This document shows positions 38,066 to 47,037 of a DNA stretch of 64,000 nt, piece by piece. The notes under the pieces were generated by a model. That model saw only the letters and a program-made list of their open reading frames with translations. It was not told where the DNA came from and did not search any database. The stretch's first letter is position 1. Each line of letters begins with the position of its first letter. The position numbers and the translations under genes were made by a program. The DNA is from Candidatus Micrarchaeota archaeon (GTDB taxonomy: Archaea; Micrarchaeota; Micrarchaeia; Anstonellales; Bilamarchaeaceae), in contig JBGFRX010000016.1 in NCBI GenBank assembly GCA_041694885.1, positions 86-64,085 on the forward strand, in the 5' to 3' direction.

Positions 38066-39700
38066 ATGGCAATCGCAAAAAACATTTTTTGGCTTTCGAC
38101 ATATTTTCCGGATTTGGGGATAAGGAGTGCCTCAGTTGGAAAATACTGCTCCAAAGCCGCAGGTAGAACATGCAACGAAGGCAAATACCTTTCCTTTTCC
38201 CTTTTTGCATCGCTGTTCGCTGGAATGATTGTTGCATGGGTTTCGGCATCTGCCTTTGCATCGGAAGAACTGCCGCTGCTCGCGCCGCTTGCCGGCTTCC
38301 TTGCCGCATTCGGGCTCGCCTTTTTGGTGCTGCTCCGGCTGCCTCTGCATATTGAAAGGGCGCGGACTGAGAGAATGGAGGCTGAGATGCCTGCACTGCT
38401 CAGGACGTTCGGAATGCTTCTGGACATGAGGGTGCCTTTTACTGATGCGCTCAGGGCAGCTGCGAAAGAAGGCGAGGCAGGGAAGGAATTCCTCAAGGTC
38501 GTGGAGGAGGCGGAGCGGGGGGCGAGCATACCCAAGGCGCTCGCGAAATTCGCGGAAGCGAGCGAAAGCGCGGTTGTGAAGAAATCCTCTGCCCAGCTCA
38601 TATCCGCCTACGAGCACGGCGCGCACGGAAGCGAGATAAGAAGGATTGCTGACGATCTGCTTTCCCTCCAGAGCTATCGCATGCGCGACTTCGTTTCCAA
38701 GAGCTCGTTCTTCGGGCTTTTGTTCGTGATTTTTGCAGCAGTTGTGCCAACCTTTTTCCTGGTGTTCGCGACTGCGGGAAAGTTCGCGCTCGATATTGAA
38801 ATAGGCGCAGGGGCGTTTGCATTTGTTTTCCTCGTTGTTTTTCCCATAGTGAATGCAGCGATACTGCTCGTTTCCGCCTCCTCGATGCCGCCGAGCATTT
38901 TCAGGTCTGAATGGAGGGGTGTGAATTTATGGGCGTTTGCCGCGCTTGCTGCGCTGCTCGCCGCAGTCATGCTCCTTGATCTGGAAGGAATCCAAAAGTT
39001 GGCCGCGCTTGCTGCGGTCTCGGCGCTTTCGTGGAGCTTTTTCCGCGGCGAGTATGCCGAAGAAAGCAGGGTCGAGAAAATAGAGGAGGCACTTCCTGAT
39101 GCGCTCCTCGGCGTTTCCGGACTGCCGAAAAACTATGGAATAGAAAAAATATTCGAGCGGCTCGCGCTTGCGAGGGATGCGCTCGGTGCCGAAGCAGGGA
39201 AAACCCTGCGCCAGCTGAGAGCAAATGTGAGTGCAGAGAAGGCGCTCGCCGACCTGTGGGAGCGCAACCGCTCGTTCATGTTCAGGCGCATGGGCGAACT
39301 GATGCTCAACTCCCATCTCGCAGGCGCGAACATTTCCGAGAAGATGCACGAAATGGCCGAGGACCTCCTTAAATTCGGCGAACTGAGAAGAGAGAGGGAG
39401 AACGCGCTCTCGATGCAGAAATACACTCTCATATTGGGCGCCTTCATAGTGCCGCTCATCCTCACTACTTCTCTTTCGCTCGCCTCGCAAATAACCGCGC
39501 TCATGGAGCAGAAGGGCAACGAGGAAGTGGTAGCGCTCGCTCCTGGCGTGATTTCAGCGTACGTGATAATCTACGCAGCGCTTTCAGCGCTCTACATCTC
39601 CCATTCCGAGGACAGAACTTCGCGCGTGGTCCCTTATTTCGTGGCGATGGCTCTCGCAGGTCTGGCGGGTTTTTATATCCTTTCACAGCAATTTTCCTGA
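38066..39700 (+). CDS. FlaJ/PilC/TadC-like polytopic platform protein (two T2SS-F-like repeats)
   Basis: 544 aa, two repeated helical-cytoplasmic plus TM triplets; immediately follows the ATPase. Confidence 0.65.
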   Translation: MAIAKNIFWLSTYFPDLGIRSASVGKYCSKAAGRTCNEGKYLSFSLFASLFAGMIVAWVSASAFASEELPLLAPLAGFLAAFGLAFLVLLRLPLHIERARTERMEAEMPALLRTFGMLLDMRVPFTDALRAAAKEGEAGKEFLKVVEEAERGASIPKALAKFAEASESAVVKKSSAQLISAYEHGAHGSEIRRIADDLLSLQSYRMRDFVSKSSFFGLLFVIFAAVVPTFFLVFATAGKFALDIEIGAGAFAFVFLVVFPIVNAAILLVSASSMPPSIFRSEWRGVNLWAFAALAALLAAVMLLDLEGIQKLAALAAVSALSWSFFRGEYAEESRVEKIEEALPDALLGVSGLPKNYGIEKIFERLALARDALGAEAGKTLRQLRANVSAEKALADLWERNRSFMFRRMGELMLNSHLAGANISEKMHEMAEDLLKFGELRRERENALSMQKYTLILGAFIVPLILTTSLSLASQITALMEQKGNEEVVALAPGVISAYVIIYAALSALYISHSEDRTSRVVPYFVAMALAGLAGFYILSQQFS

Positions 39701-39708
39701 GTGGAAAA

Positions 39709-40227
39709 ATGGATTCGCTTACAGAAAGCATAGCACAGGCGGATTTTGCCCTGCTCACCGCTGTTGCCGCGCTATTGGACAACGAAATTATATTCCTTGC
39801 CGTAACTTTTGCGCTCGTGCTTGTTTTTGAAAGGAGAAAAGAAAAAATAGCCAAAATAGCGCTCGCGGTGGCGCTCGCGGTACTACTTAGCACCATGGTG
39901 AAGAACATCGTCAAAGAGGAAAGGCCGTGCGTCTTACTGGCTTCGAAAATCGCGTGCCCTGATTCGTATTCGTTCCCGAGCGGGCACACTATATTGGCAT
40001 TCACGGTGATGCTCGCGTTCCTGAACAAGCCGACTTTCGCAATTTATCTGTTTTATGCGGCTTTCATCGCGTTTACGAGGATATATTTAGGCGTGCATTC
40101 GCTCTGGGACGTGGCAGGGAGCATCGCGTTCGCGCCGTTCGTATATTATACAGTGGACGCGCTCTGGAAAAAAATCGGGAAAATCGCGGGGAAGGGATAT
40201 GCTTTTAGGAATCGGACTGGCCAGTGA
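39709..40227 (+). CDS. PAP2-family lipid phosphatase (polyprenyl/dolichyl-diphosphate phosphatase-like)
   Basis: KEERPC, PSGHT, FTRIYLGVHSLWDV = KxxxxxxRP / PSGH / SRxxxxxHxxxD motifs. Confidence 0.75.
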   Translation: MDSLTESIAQADFALLTAVAALLDNEIIFLAVTFALVLVFERRKEKIAKIALAVALAVLLSTMVKNIVKEERPCVLLASKIACPDSYSFPSGHTILAFTVMLAFLNKPTFAIYLFYAAFIAFTRIYLGVHSLWDVAGSIAFAPFVYYTVDALWKKIGKIAGKGYAFRNRTGQ

Positions 40228-40777
40228 AACTAGGAGGAAGGTGCTGCATATATGCAGCGGAGTGGTGTTCCTGCTCTTTCTCCTCAGCTTTGGAAGGAGC
40301 AAATTCGTCATGCTTCTGGTCGCGCTCCTGCTCGGCGGCCTGCTCACGATAAACCTCCTCATGATGGGATGGAAATTCCCGCTCACGGAATGGTTCATAC
40401 GCAATTTCGAGCGGCCGAAGGTGAGGTTCCCGGGCTATGCGACAGCATGGTACGTTTCAGGGCTGCTCATCGCGGCCACGGTGCTGCACAACGAAGGGGA
40501 AATAGCCGCGGTGATATGCGCGCTCGCGTTTGGGGACGGCCTTTCGGGTGTTTTTGGGGAAAGGGGAAAAACAAAGCTTCCCTGGAACACAGGCAGGGAA
40601 AAGACGCTCGAGGGGACGATGGCATTCGCGTTCGGGACTCTCACCGCGCTTCCTTTTGTTGGGTGGATTGCGGTTCCGTTCGCGCTTGCAGCAGCGGTTT
40701 TCGAGTCCTTGCCCCTCGGGATAGACGACAACTTTTCAGTGCCTATTTTCGGGACGGTTTTCTTCTATGTTTTTTGA
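40199..40777 (+). CDS. CTP-dependent polyprenol/dolichol kinase-like membrane protein (Sec59/VTE5/CdsA superfamily)
   Basis: RKVLHI motif and GDGLSGVFGERGKTKLPWNTGREKTLEG C-terminal signature. Confidence 0.5.
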   Translation: MLLGIGLASETRRKVLHICSGVVFLLFLLSFGRSKFVMLLVALLLGGLLTINLLMMGWKFPLTEWFIRNFERPKVRFPGYATAWYVSGLLIAATVLHNEGEIAAVICALAFGDGLSGVFGERGKTKLPWNTGREKTLEGTMAFAFGTLTALPFVGWIAVPFALAAAVFESLPLGIDDNFSVPIFGTVFFYVF

Positions 40778-40798
40778 AAAAAATATTGCCAAGGGGGA

Positions 40799-40950
40799 AA
40801 TTCGAATTCCCGGCCTCCAGATTTCCCAGGAGAAATGGAGCGCTGAACGCGCATTTTTTGTCATCGCTTCGCGAAAAGCTCATAACTCACAAATCCAAAA
40901 TTTATGAGTCTGGCGCTCTAGCCGACTGCCCACCTCGCGAACCGTTCGCG
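40799..40950 (+). promoter_or_regulatory. AT-rich intergenic region with perfect palindromes AATTCGAATT (40799-40808) and CGCGAACCGTTCGCG (40936-40950)
   Basis: Seen in sequence; upstream of the sigma-r4-like gene. Confidence 0.35.
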
Positions 40951-41042
40951 CAGGTTCTGAGCTACCTTGGCACAAGAGAACTTATGGTTATCGCTAAAAA
41001 CTGTTTTAAAGCAACGCAGCAAAAGATTTTAAATACCATTGT

Positions 41043-41066
41043 AGTATATAACCTACAACATGTAGG
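41043..41066 (+). promoter_or_regulatory. TATA box GTATATAAC plus hairpin/operator-like palindrome CCTACA-aca-TGTAGG, ending 9 nt before the ATG at 41075
   Basis: Spacing fits a leaderless archaeal promoter; palindrome sits over the predicted TSS. Confidence 0.4.
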
Positions 41067-41074
41067 TAATTTTT

Positions 41075-42190
41075 ATGGGAAACGCACATTTGAGCGAAGA
41101 TAATGGGTTTGCTATGCAACAGAGGCGATGGAAGCCTCGTGAAAGATATCTGGAAAAGGTTTTTAACAGAAAAAAAGCAGGCGACTGGGCTGCAGTGAAG
41201 GAACTTTTTGACAGGTACCAGTACATTGCGCCAAAAACAGTGGATAAACGCATAGAACTAAGAGAATGCAAAGTGCGGAAAATAGAGGATGCTCTTCATA
41301 GCAACAATGGCGACCATGGTAATGTGGATGAAGCAACGCAGACCAAATTGCTGCTCGAATATGCTAAGAAAAAAGCGTTTGTTGCACGCCATCTGCAATG
41401 CAGGGATTACATGGTTGAGGTTGTACGCGACAAACTTATGGAAAAATTGATGGATGCGAATCCAAAAAATCCGTCATATATATCTTCACATGCGTACAAG
41501 TGGGCAGAAACCGAAACAAAGCGTTTGATGAAGCTTCTGGAAAAGGAACTGCGCATTGGGAGCGTACTTTCGGCCCGGCAAATGGAAACGCCGATACGTA
41601 CGCCATTCGATTGCGTCTTGGAAACCGAATGCTCGAAAATGATAAAGTTCATGCTGAAATGGCTAACGCCAAAGGAAGACAGAGTAATACGCATGAGATT
41701 TGGGATTGACTATCCGTACAAAACACTTGGGGAAATAGCAGGGCATTTGTCAGTGACGCCGGAACGAGTAAGGCAGATCGAAACAATGGCCCTGATAAAA
41801 TTGAGGCGCTCTCCCCGTTCAAAGACATTGGGGCACTTTGTCGCTCCGCAGCCAGGCCGCAGCTGGCTCACAGAAGATGCGCCGGAAAACGAGGAGCAAA
41901 AAAAGGCCTGCAAAAAAGTGGATGAAATCATCCTGAAAACCTGCAGAAACGATGCGAAGGTAGTGCGGTGCAGGATGATCGAAGGGCTGCACTGGAGCGA
42001 GATAGAGAAGAAAACGGGCATTAGCGGCTACTGTGCCAGGCAAATGGTTCACGCGCATCTCGGAACAATTGAAAAATTACTTGTCGGACTTGCTGCGCAG
42101 CTTGGCACAAGCGGTTCAGTGGCTGCTGCATTGGTAAAAGGGGCGCGCATTGACGAGTACGTAAGGCGCATTGCAGAAGCGGCGAGGTAA
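41075..42190 (+). CDS. Regulator with two sigma-70 region-4-like HTH domains (first copy canonical r4.2), atypical composition
   Basis: LTPKEDRVIRMRFGIDYPYKTLGEIAGHLSVTPERVRQIETMALIKLRR matches sigma-70 region 4; second HTH ...VVRCRMIEGLHWSEIEKKTGISGYCARQMVHAHLGTIEKLL is ECF/LuxR-like; possible degenerate region-2-like NPSYISSHAYKW; codon usage AAA/GAA-biased unlike neighbours. Confidence 0.55.
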   Translation: MGNAHLSEDNGFAMQQRRWKPRERYLEKVFNRKKAGDWAAVKELFDRYQYIAPKTVDKRIELRECKVRKIEDALHSNNGDHGNVDEATQTKLLLEYAKKKAFVARHLQCRDYMVEVVRDKLMEKLMDANPKNPSYISSHAYKWAETETKRLMKLLEKELRIGSVLSARQMETPIRTPFDCVLETECSKMIKFMLKWLTPKEDRVIRMRFGIDYPYKTLGEIAGHLSVTPERVRQIETMALIKLRRSPRSKTLGHFVAPQPGRSWLTEDAPENEEQKKACKKVDEIILKTCRNDAKVVRCRMIEGLHWSEIEKKTGISGYCARQMVHAHLGTIEKLLVGLAAQLGTSGSVAAALVKGARIDEYVRRIAEAAR

Positions 42191-42192
42191 AA

Positions 42193-43056
42193 TCAAACCT
42201 GCACAATTTCCATTTCAAATTCCTTAGCCAGTTTCTCTATCTTTTCCCTCTGCGTCTTATTTACGCCTTTTTTGTCCAGAAGCAGTGCAGTTATTGGTTC
42301 AACGTTCTTCTCTATTGCCTGCCTGAACGTGTCCTCTGCAATTGCATCTGCCTTGTATTTTGGAAGCATGTGCCCAAAAGACATATTTTTTTCTATCGCG
42401 CATTTCGTGAAAAGCGGCGCATAATGGCCCCCTCCAACTCCGAAAAAGGTCCCGGGTTCTGGGTTTTCAGTTTCGGTTTTATGGATTTTGCTCTCGCTTT
42501 CGGTTTCTTTTCCATTTATTGTTTCAAACACCGATTCGGCAATTGTTTTTGCTGCAAGAGGGTTTTTCCATTCTTCTTCAGAGCTTCCTATTTCCACGAA
42601 TATTATCGGCTTCTTTATTGTAGGCCCATGGTGGTCAACCTCGAAATTGACGTTGAAATCAAGCCCATAGAGGGCGTTTTTCGAATGCATTTTCTGCAAG
42701 ATGGATTTCTGCACGCTCGCATAGGAAACATTCAGAGTTCTCGGCTTCCCCCCATGCTCAGCAGAATCCCAGTTGCCAGGTATATGGACAGTCAAACTCT
42801 GGAATTTCGCCTCGCTCCTGTGCGGTGAAAGCACTATGAAATAATCAGCTTCGAAATCGGTCTGAACTTCGAACGAGCGCGCAAATTTCGTATCTATCAG
42901 TTTCGCATTTTCACAGTGCCATTCATTTTCGCTTTTTTGCCCGAATCCCAATTTCATCAATTCAAGCGCGATATTGCTCGATGCGGCATTTTCTGTTTTC
43001 GAAATGTCGGAAGAAAAAAGGACTGCCGGAATCATGGTTGTTTTTAAGCTGGGCAA
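42193..43056 (-). CDS. dtdA: D-aminoacyl-tRNA deacylase, archaeal type (DtdA)
   Basis: FVEIGSSEEEW and GGGHYAP motifs of the DtdA family. Confidence 0.7.
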   Translation of the reverse strand: MPSLKTTMIPAVLFSSDISKTENAASSNIALELMKLGFGQKSENEWHCENAKLIDTKFARSFEVQTDFEADYFIVLSPHRSEAKFQSLTVHIPGNWDSAEHGGKPRTLNVSYASVQKSILQKMHSKNALYGLDFNVNFEVDHHGPTIKKPIIFVEIGSSEEEWKNPLAAKTIAESVFETINGKETESESKIHKTETENPEPGTFFGVGGGHYAPLFTKCAIEKNMSFGHMLPKYKADAIAEDTFRQAIEKNVEPITALLLDKKGVNKTQREKIEKLAKEFEMEIVQV

Positions 43057-43064
43057 ATTAATAA

Positions 43065-43739
43065 TTGATTATGATCGATGAAACATTCGCGAGAAATATC
43101 GGCGCAATCACGGAAAAGGAGCAGGAGAAACTTGCAAATGCGAAGGTTGGAATTGCAGGAATGGGCGGGATAGGAAGCCCTGCATTCGAAATTCTGACCC
43201 GGATCGGAACAGGAAACTTCGTAATTTTCGACAAGGATAAAATCGAAAGGACTAATTTCAACAGGCAGCTTTACGCTACCAAGGAAAGTTTTGGGAAATG
43301 GAAGGTTGATGTTGCTGTGGAAAAGGCGAAGGCGATAAATCCTAAAGTAAAAATAGAAAAATATGCTGAAAAATTGGACGAAACGAATGTGAAGAAGCTG
43401 GGAAAGTGCGGTGTGGTTGTGGATGGGATGGACAATGTTACGGCGCGGAAAACAATCGCGGAATTCTGCAGTAAAAACAGGATTCCATACGTGTTCTGCT
43501 CTGCAGGCATGAGCCGGGGGATGGTTTCTGTCTTCAGAGATGCTGATTTTGGGAAAATATTTGGGAGAATGAAAGAGCCTAAGCGGAAAAGCATAATTGC
43601 GCCTGCTGCTTTTCTCGCAGGAGTGCTCTCTGCTTCGCAGGCGGTAAACGTCCTGCTTGGGAAGAAATATGTGAAGGCGCCCGAATTCCTGTTTTTCGAT
43701 TTGTTTTTTGAAAGGGTTTTCTGGAAGCAGCGGATATAA
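43065..43739 (+). CDS. ThiF/MoeB/HesA-family E1-like protein (short form, no rhodanese domain)
   Basis: VGIAGMGGIGSP nucleotide-binding motif, NFNRQLYA. Confidence 0.7.
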   Translation: MIMIDETFARNIGAITEKEQEKLANAKVGIAGMGGIGSPAFEILTRIGTGNFVIFDKDKIERTNFNRQLYATKESFGKWKVDVAVEKAKAINPKVKIEKYAEKLDETNVKKLGKCGVVVDGMDNVTARKTIAEFCSKNRIPYVFCSAGMSRGMVSVFRDADFGKIFGRMKEPKRKSIIAPAAFLAGVLSASQAVNVLLGKKYVKAPEFLFFDLFFERVFWKQRI

Positions 43740-43786
43740 AGAATAGCTTATAATCTGATTACCATGGAATAGTAATAGTTGATATT

Positions 43787-45046
43787 ATGGATTCTGGAAA
43801 AAATTACGAAGTGAAAGACCTCGGGCAGGCAGAGGAGGGGCGGATGAATATAGAACTCGCTGAAAGGAGAATGGGCATAATGCAAATCCTGAAAAGGCGG
43901 TTCAGGAAGGAAAAGCCGTTCAAAAACCTCGTGGTAGGAATGGCACTCCACGTCACCAGGGAAACCGCAGTGCTGGTGCGCACGCTTGCAGCAGGAGGCG
44001 CGAGGATTTCCATTGCCGGCTGCAACCCCCTCTCCACACAGGACGACGTTGCAGCAGCGCTTGCGGAAAATGGTATTTCCGTTTACGCATACAAAGGCGA
44101 GACGCGCGACGACTATTACAAATATCTGGGAAAGGTGCTGGATGCGAAGCCCAATCTCACCATAGACGACGGCGGGGATCTCGTAGGCATGATTCATTCC
44201 AAACGTCCTGAAATGATAAGGAACATTTTAGGCGGAAGCGAAGAAACCACTACTGGCATCATAAGGTTGAGGGCGATGGAAAGAAACAATGCACTCAACT
44301 ATCCCGTAATAGCTGTGAACGACAACAAGACCAAGCATCTTCTGGACAATTATTATGGAACTGGACAATCCACTTTGGACGGCATTCTACGCGCAACGAA
44401 CATTCTCATTGCAGGGAAGAAATTCGTCGTTGCCGGTTATGGACCCTGCGGAAAAGGCGTTTCGCTCCGCGCGAGAGGAATGGGCGCTAACGTAATTGTT
44501 TGCGAAACTGACGCATTCAGGGCTTTGCAGGCAGTTCTTGACGGCTTTGACGTCCTGCCTATGAAAGAAGCAGCCAAAATAGGCGATGTTTTCGTAACTG
44601 TGACGGGGAACAAGAACGTAATAACTGTGAAGCACATGAAGGCGATGAAGGATAACGCAGTTCTGGCGAACAGCGGCCACTTCGACGTGGAAATAGACGT
44701 TGCGAGACTGAACAAAATCGCGAAAGCGAAAAGGGCGAGATGGCAACTCGACGAATACGATTTGGGAGGAAAGAAGATTTACGTTTGCGGCGAAGGCCGG
44801 CTCGTGAATTTGGCAGCTGCTGAGGGCCATCCAAGCGAAGTCATGGCAACCAGCTTCGCTGGCCAGGCGCTCGCAATGGAGTTTCTGGTCAGGAACAGGG
44901 GAAAACTGACACCCGGTGTCATCACACTTCCGGAATCCATAGACGATGAAATCGCGAAACTACAGCTCGATTCAATGGGAATAAAAAAGGACGAGCTCAC
45001 GGAGGAGCAGGAAAAATACCTTTCCGGCTGGGAGGAAGGAACCTAA
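43787..45046 (+). CDS. ahcY: S-adenosyl-L-homocysteine hydrolase
   Basis: 419 aa, NAD-binding GYGPCGKG, archaeal AhcY length and pattern. Confidence 0.85.
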   Translation: MDSGKNYEVKDLGQAEEGRMNIELAERRMGIMQILKRRFRKEKPFKNLVVGMALHVTRETAVLVRTLAAGGARISIAGCNPLSTQDDVAAALAENGISVYAYKGETRDDYYKYLGKVLDAKPNLTIDDGGDLVGMIHSKRPEMIRNILGGSEETTTGIIRLRAMERNNALNYPVIAVNDNKTKHLLDNYYGTGQSTLDGILRATNILIAGKKFVVAGYGPCGKGVSLRARGMGANVIVCETDAFRALQAVLDGFDVLPMKEAAKIGDVFVTVTGNKNVITVKHMKAMKDNAVLANSGHFDVEIDVARLNKIAKAKRARWQLDEYDLGGKKIYVCGEGRLVNLAAAEGHPSEVMATSFAGQALAMEFLVRNRGKLTPGVITLPESIDDEIAKLQLDSMGIKKDELTEEQEKYLSGWEEGT

Positions 45047-45087
45047 GCAGTCCTCCTTTGCCTATGAGATATCTCCCAGGTCATGTG

Positions 45088-45098
45088 GCTTTTTTTCC
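45088..45098 (+). terminator. Oligo-T tract (GCTTTTTTTCC) in the convergent ahcY/L14e intergenic
   Basis: T7 run on ahcY coding strand, 40 nt after its stop. Confidence 0.3.
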
Positions 45099-45174
45099 AA
45101 AATTAAATTCGTTGGATATCAGGTAAATTTTCATATATCCGCAGCCAAAAACACAAAACCAGGAACCGAAATGC

Positions 45175-45348
45175 TTAAGCACTCCGCGAAGTGGGCTCGA
45201 GGTGCAATATCGCGCATTTGCTCTCCCTTCCTTTCGCGTTCTTAACCATCACAAAGTTGTCGTCGATCACTTTCGTTATTGTAACTTCTTCGCCTGTATC
45301 AGCACCCTTTTTCTTCACGCAAATCCTGCCTTCCTTTATCGCTACCAT
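45175..45348 (-). CDS. rpl14e: Ribosomal protein L14e (KOW domain)
   Basis: MVAIKEGRICVKKKGADTGEEVTITKVIDDNFVMV; ORF track begins at a GTG three codons upstream. Confidence 0.75.
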   Translation of the reverse strand: MVAIKEGRICVKKKGADTGEEVTITKVIDDNFVMVKNAKGRESKCAILHLEPTSRSA

Positions 45349-45353
45349 AAAAA

Positions 45354-45878
45354 TCACCGCTTGTGCCTCTTTTTTATCTCGATTACCCTCATCACTCCAT
45401 CAGCCATTTCGTCCGGCGAGAATTTAGCCGAATTGAACGAAATGTCGAAAATACTGGTATCTAATATGTCTACATTGTAAAGTTTTTTGTATCTCGTCCT
45501 GTTCTGGCTTTCGCGCTTTTTTATACTCTTTTCCGCCTCCGAAACCGTAATGCCGTCCCTTTCCGCAACCCGTTTTGCGCGCACTTCGAGCGGGGCAAAA
45601 AGCCATACGCTGAAATCTGCATCAACCATCCATGGTCCGAGCCATGTCGAGACTACACAGTTCCCCTTCTTTGCCTCCCCTTTCACGTATTCGTCGAATT
45701 TCAGGTCGATGTTCCTGTCCTTCTCCGCCCTTTTCTGAAATTCCATCAGGGAAATCCCTTCCTTTTCAGCGAGTTCCTTGAACGAAGGCGAGATGAGTGC
45801 ATATCCTAAACGGAGGGCAAGCACCCTGCCCAGCGTGGTCTTGCCGCTTCCCGCAAAGCCGGCTATTGTGATTATCAT
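45354..45878 (-). CDS. cmk: Cytidylate kinase, archaeal type
   Basis: MIITIAGFAGSGKTT P-loop, conserved position between DUF106 and L14e. Confidence 0.8.
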   Translation of the reverse strand: MIITIAGFAGSGKTTLGRVLALRLGYALISPSFKELAEKEGISLMEFQKRAEKDRNIDLKFDEYVKGEAKKGNCVVSTWLGPWMVDADFSVWLFAPLEVRAKRVAERDGITVSEAEKSIKKRESQNRTRYKKLYNVDILDTSIFDISFNSAKFSPDEMADGVMRVIEIKKRHKR

Positions 45879-45911
45879 ATCATTTCACTGAAAGCGTTCC
45901 GACATGCCAGC

Positions 45912-46229
45912 TTAGTTAACTAATTGCTGGACGTAGCTCCTGTAAATGAGGTCGACCTCATCCACCCCTTTCGTTTTTTCCCGCACACGCGTAGCGTCCC
46001 TTATTATGCGCGCAGTGCACGCATGGCAAAGGTGGCCCCCGAATTTCCTCGACACGGATTTCTCGGTTCTCGAGCCGGTGCCCACTCCTGCAAGGTTTGC
46101 TCTGCACACAGCACATGCTGCTCCTGCTTTTTTCCTTTTCAGGAAAACGCTTTTCGCACCGCGAGCCGTTTTCCTTTTCATTTTTCTGTATTTTCCCGAG
46201 CGTTCCTTAGGCAACGACATATTGTGCAC
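45912..46229 (-). CDS. rpl34e: Ribosomal protein L34e
   Basis: RKTARGAKSVFLKRKKAGAACAVCRANLAG zinc-ribbon region. Confidence 0.8.
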   Translation of the reverse strand: MHNMSLPKERSGKYRKMKRKTARGAKSVFLKRKKAGAACAVCRANLAGVGTGSRTEKSVSRKFGGHLCHACTARIIRDATRVREKTKGVDEVDLIYRSYVQQLVN

Positions 46230-46230
46230 C

Positions 46231-47031
46231 CTATTGGTTTTCCTTCTTCTCCTTCTTAGGCAAATATTTATCTATAAGCGAGATAACCGGATTGACAAGC
46301 AACCCTATTATTACTGCGGAAAAGATGAACCAGTTCTGAGAATCATAAATGCGCTGAAGGTTTATTAAAGGTATTGTGATCGGCAAATCGACGTAAAAAC
46401 GAGTGCCGTTGCTGAGCGTCGCAATTGCACTCTCCGTGTTTTCAGGCGCCTCGGCGTAAACCGTAACTCTCTCTCCATTGCTATACGATTCCTTATCCGT
46501 GTAAACGGGCATTGCCACCTCCTTGCCTTGTATCCATAATATCTGCTCTGTTTTTGGCCCTACAAAAAAGACCGTCTGGTTCATGGCAATCTCAGCGTTG
46601 TCAGCATATGCTTTCGCAGTCGCGTACCAAAATGGATTAGTATTGTTCAGGACAAACGACCCGGAATAAATACCGTTCCTGGTGTTAGTGAGGTTTATGG
46701 AAAAATCATCCTGAGCAGTCGGATCTAACTGTCCACTTATCCACATGAATACGAAGAACACCGCGAGCACAGCGACCATCATTTTCATCTGGCCCACGAA
46801 CATCGCGTTCATCTTAGGCATCAGTTCCTCGTTCATCTTGCTCAGCTGCTCCATCTTCCTCTTGTCGTTGTGCTTCGCCGCCTCCTTGTAGAGCTCGTTT
46901 ATCTGCTTGGATTTTTCCTGCACTTCCTTCATTATGGATTTGTCCATCAGCTTGTTCTGGAGCAGCCGCACGAAAACAGAATAAACGACCGCAAGCGCTG
47001 TCACAACGTAAAAATAGAATTCGGAATCCAT
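46231..47031 (-). CDS. DUF106 / Ylp1 (Oxa1-EMC3 superfamily) membrane protein with an extra ~130-aa extracytoplasmic insertion
   Basis: TM1 + coiled coil (KEVQEKSKQINELYKEAAKHNDKRKMEQLSKMNEELMPKMNAMF) + TM2 as in DUF106; conserved adk-DUF106-cmk order; total 266 aa versus ~190 typical. Confidence 0.6.
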   Translation of the reverse strand: MDSEFYFYVVTALAVVYSVFVRLLQNKLMDKSIMKEVQEKSKQINELYKEAAKHNDKRKMEQLSKMNEELMPKMNAMFVGQMKMMVAVLAVFFVFMWISGQLDPTAQDDFSINLTNTRNGIYSGSFVLNNTNPFWYATAKAYADNAEIAMNQTVFFVGPKTEQILWIQGKEVAMPVYTDKESYSNGERVTVYAEAPENTESAIATLSNGTRFYVDLPITIPLINLQRIYDSQNWFIFSAVIIGLLVNPVISLIDKYLPKKEKKENQ

Positions 47032-47037
47032 GCAAAA

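Noticed and set aside
37167-38396. 409-aa minus-strand ORF
   Set aside because: Antisense to the FlaI-like ATPase and FlaJ-like genes, no motifs, arginine-rich shadow frame
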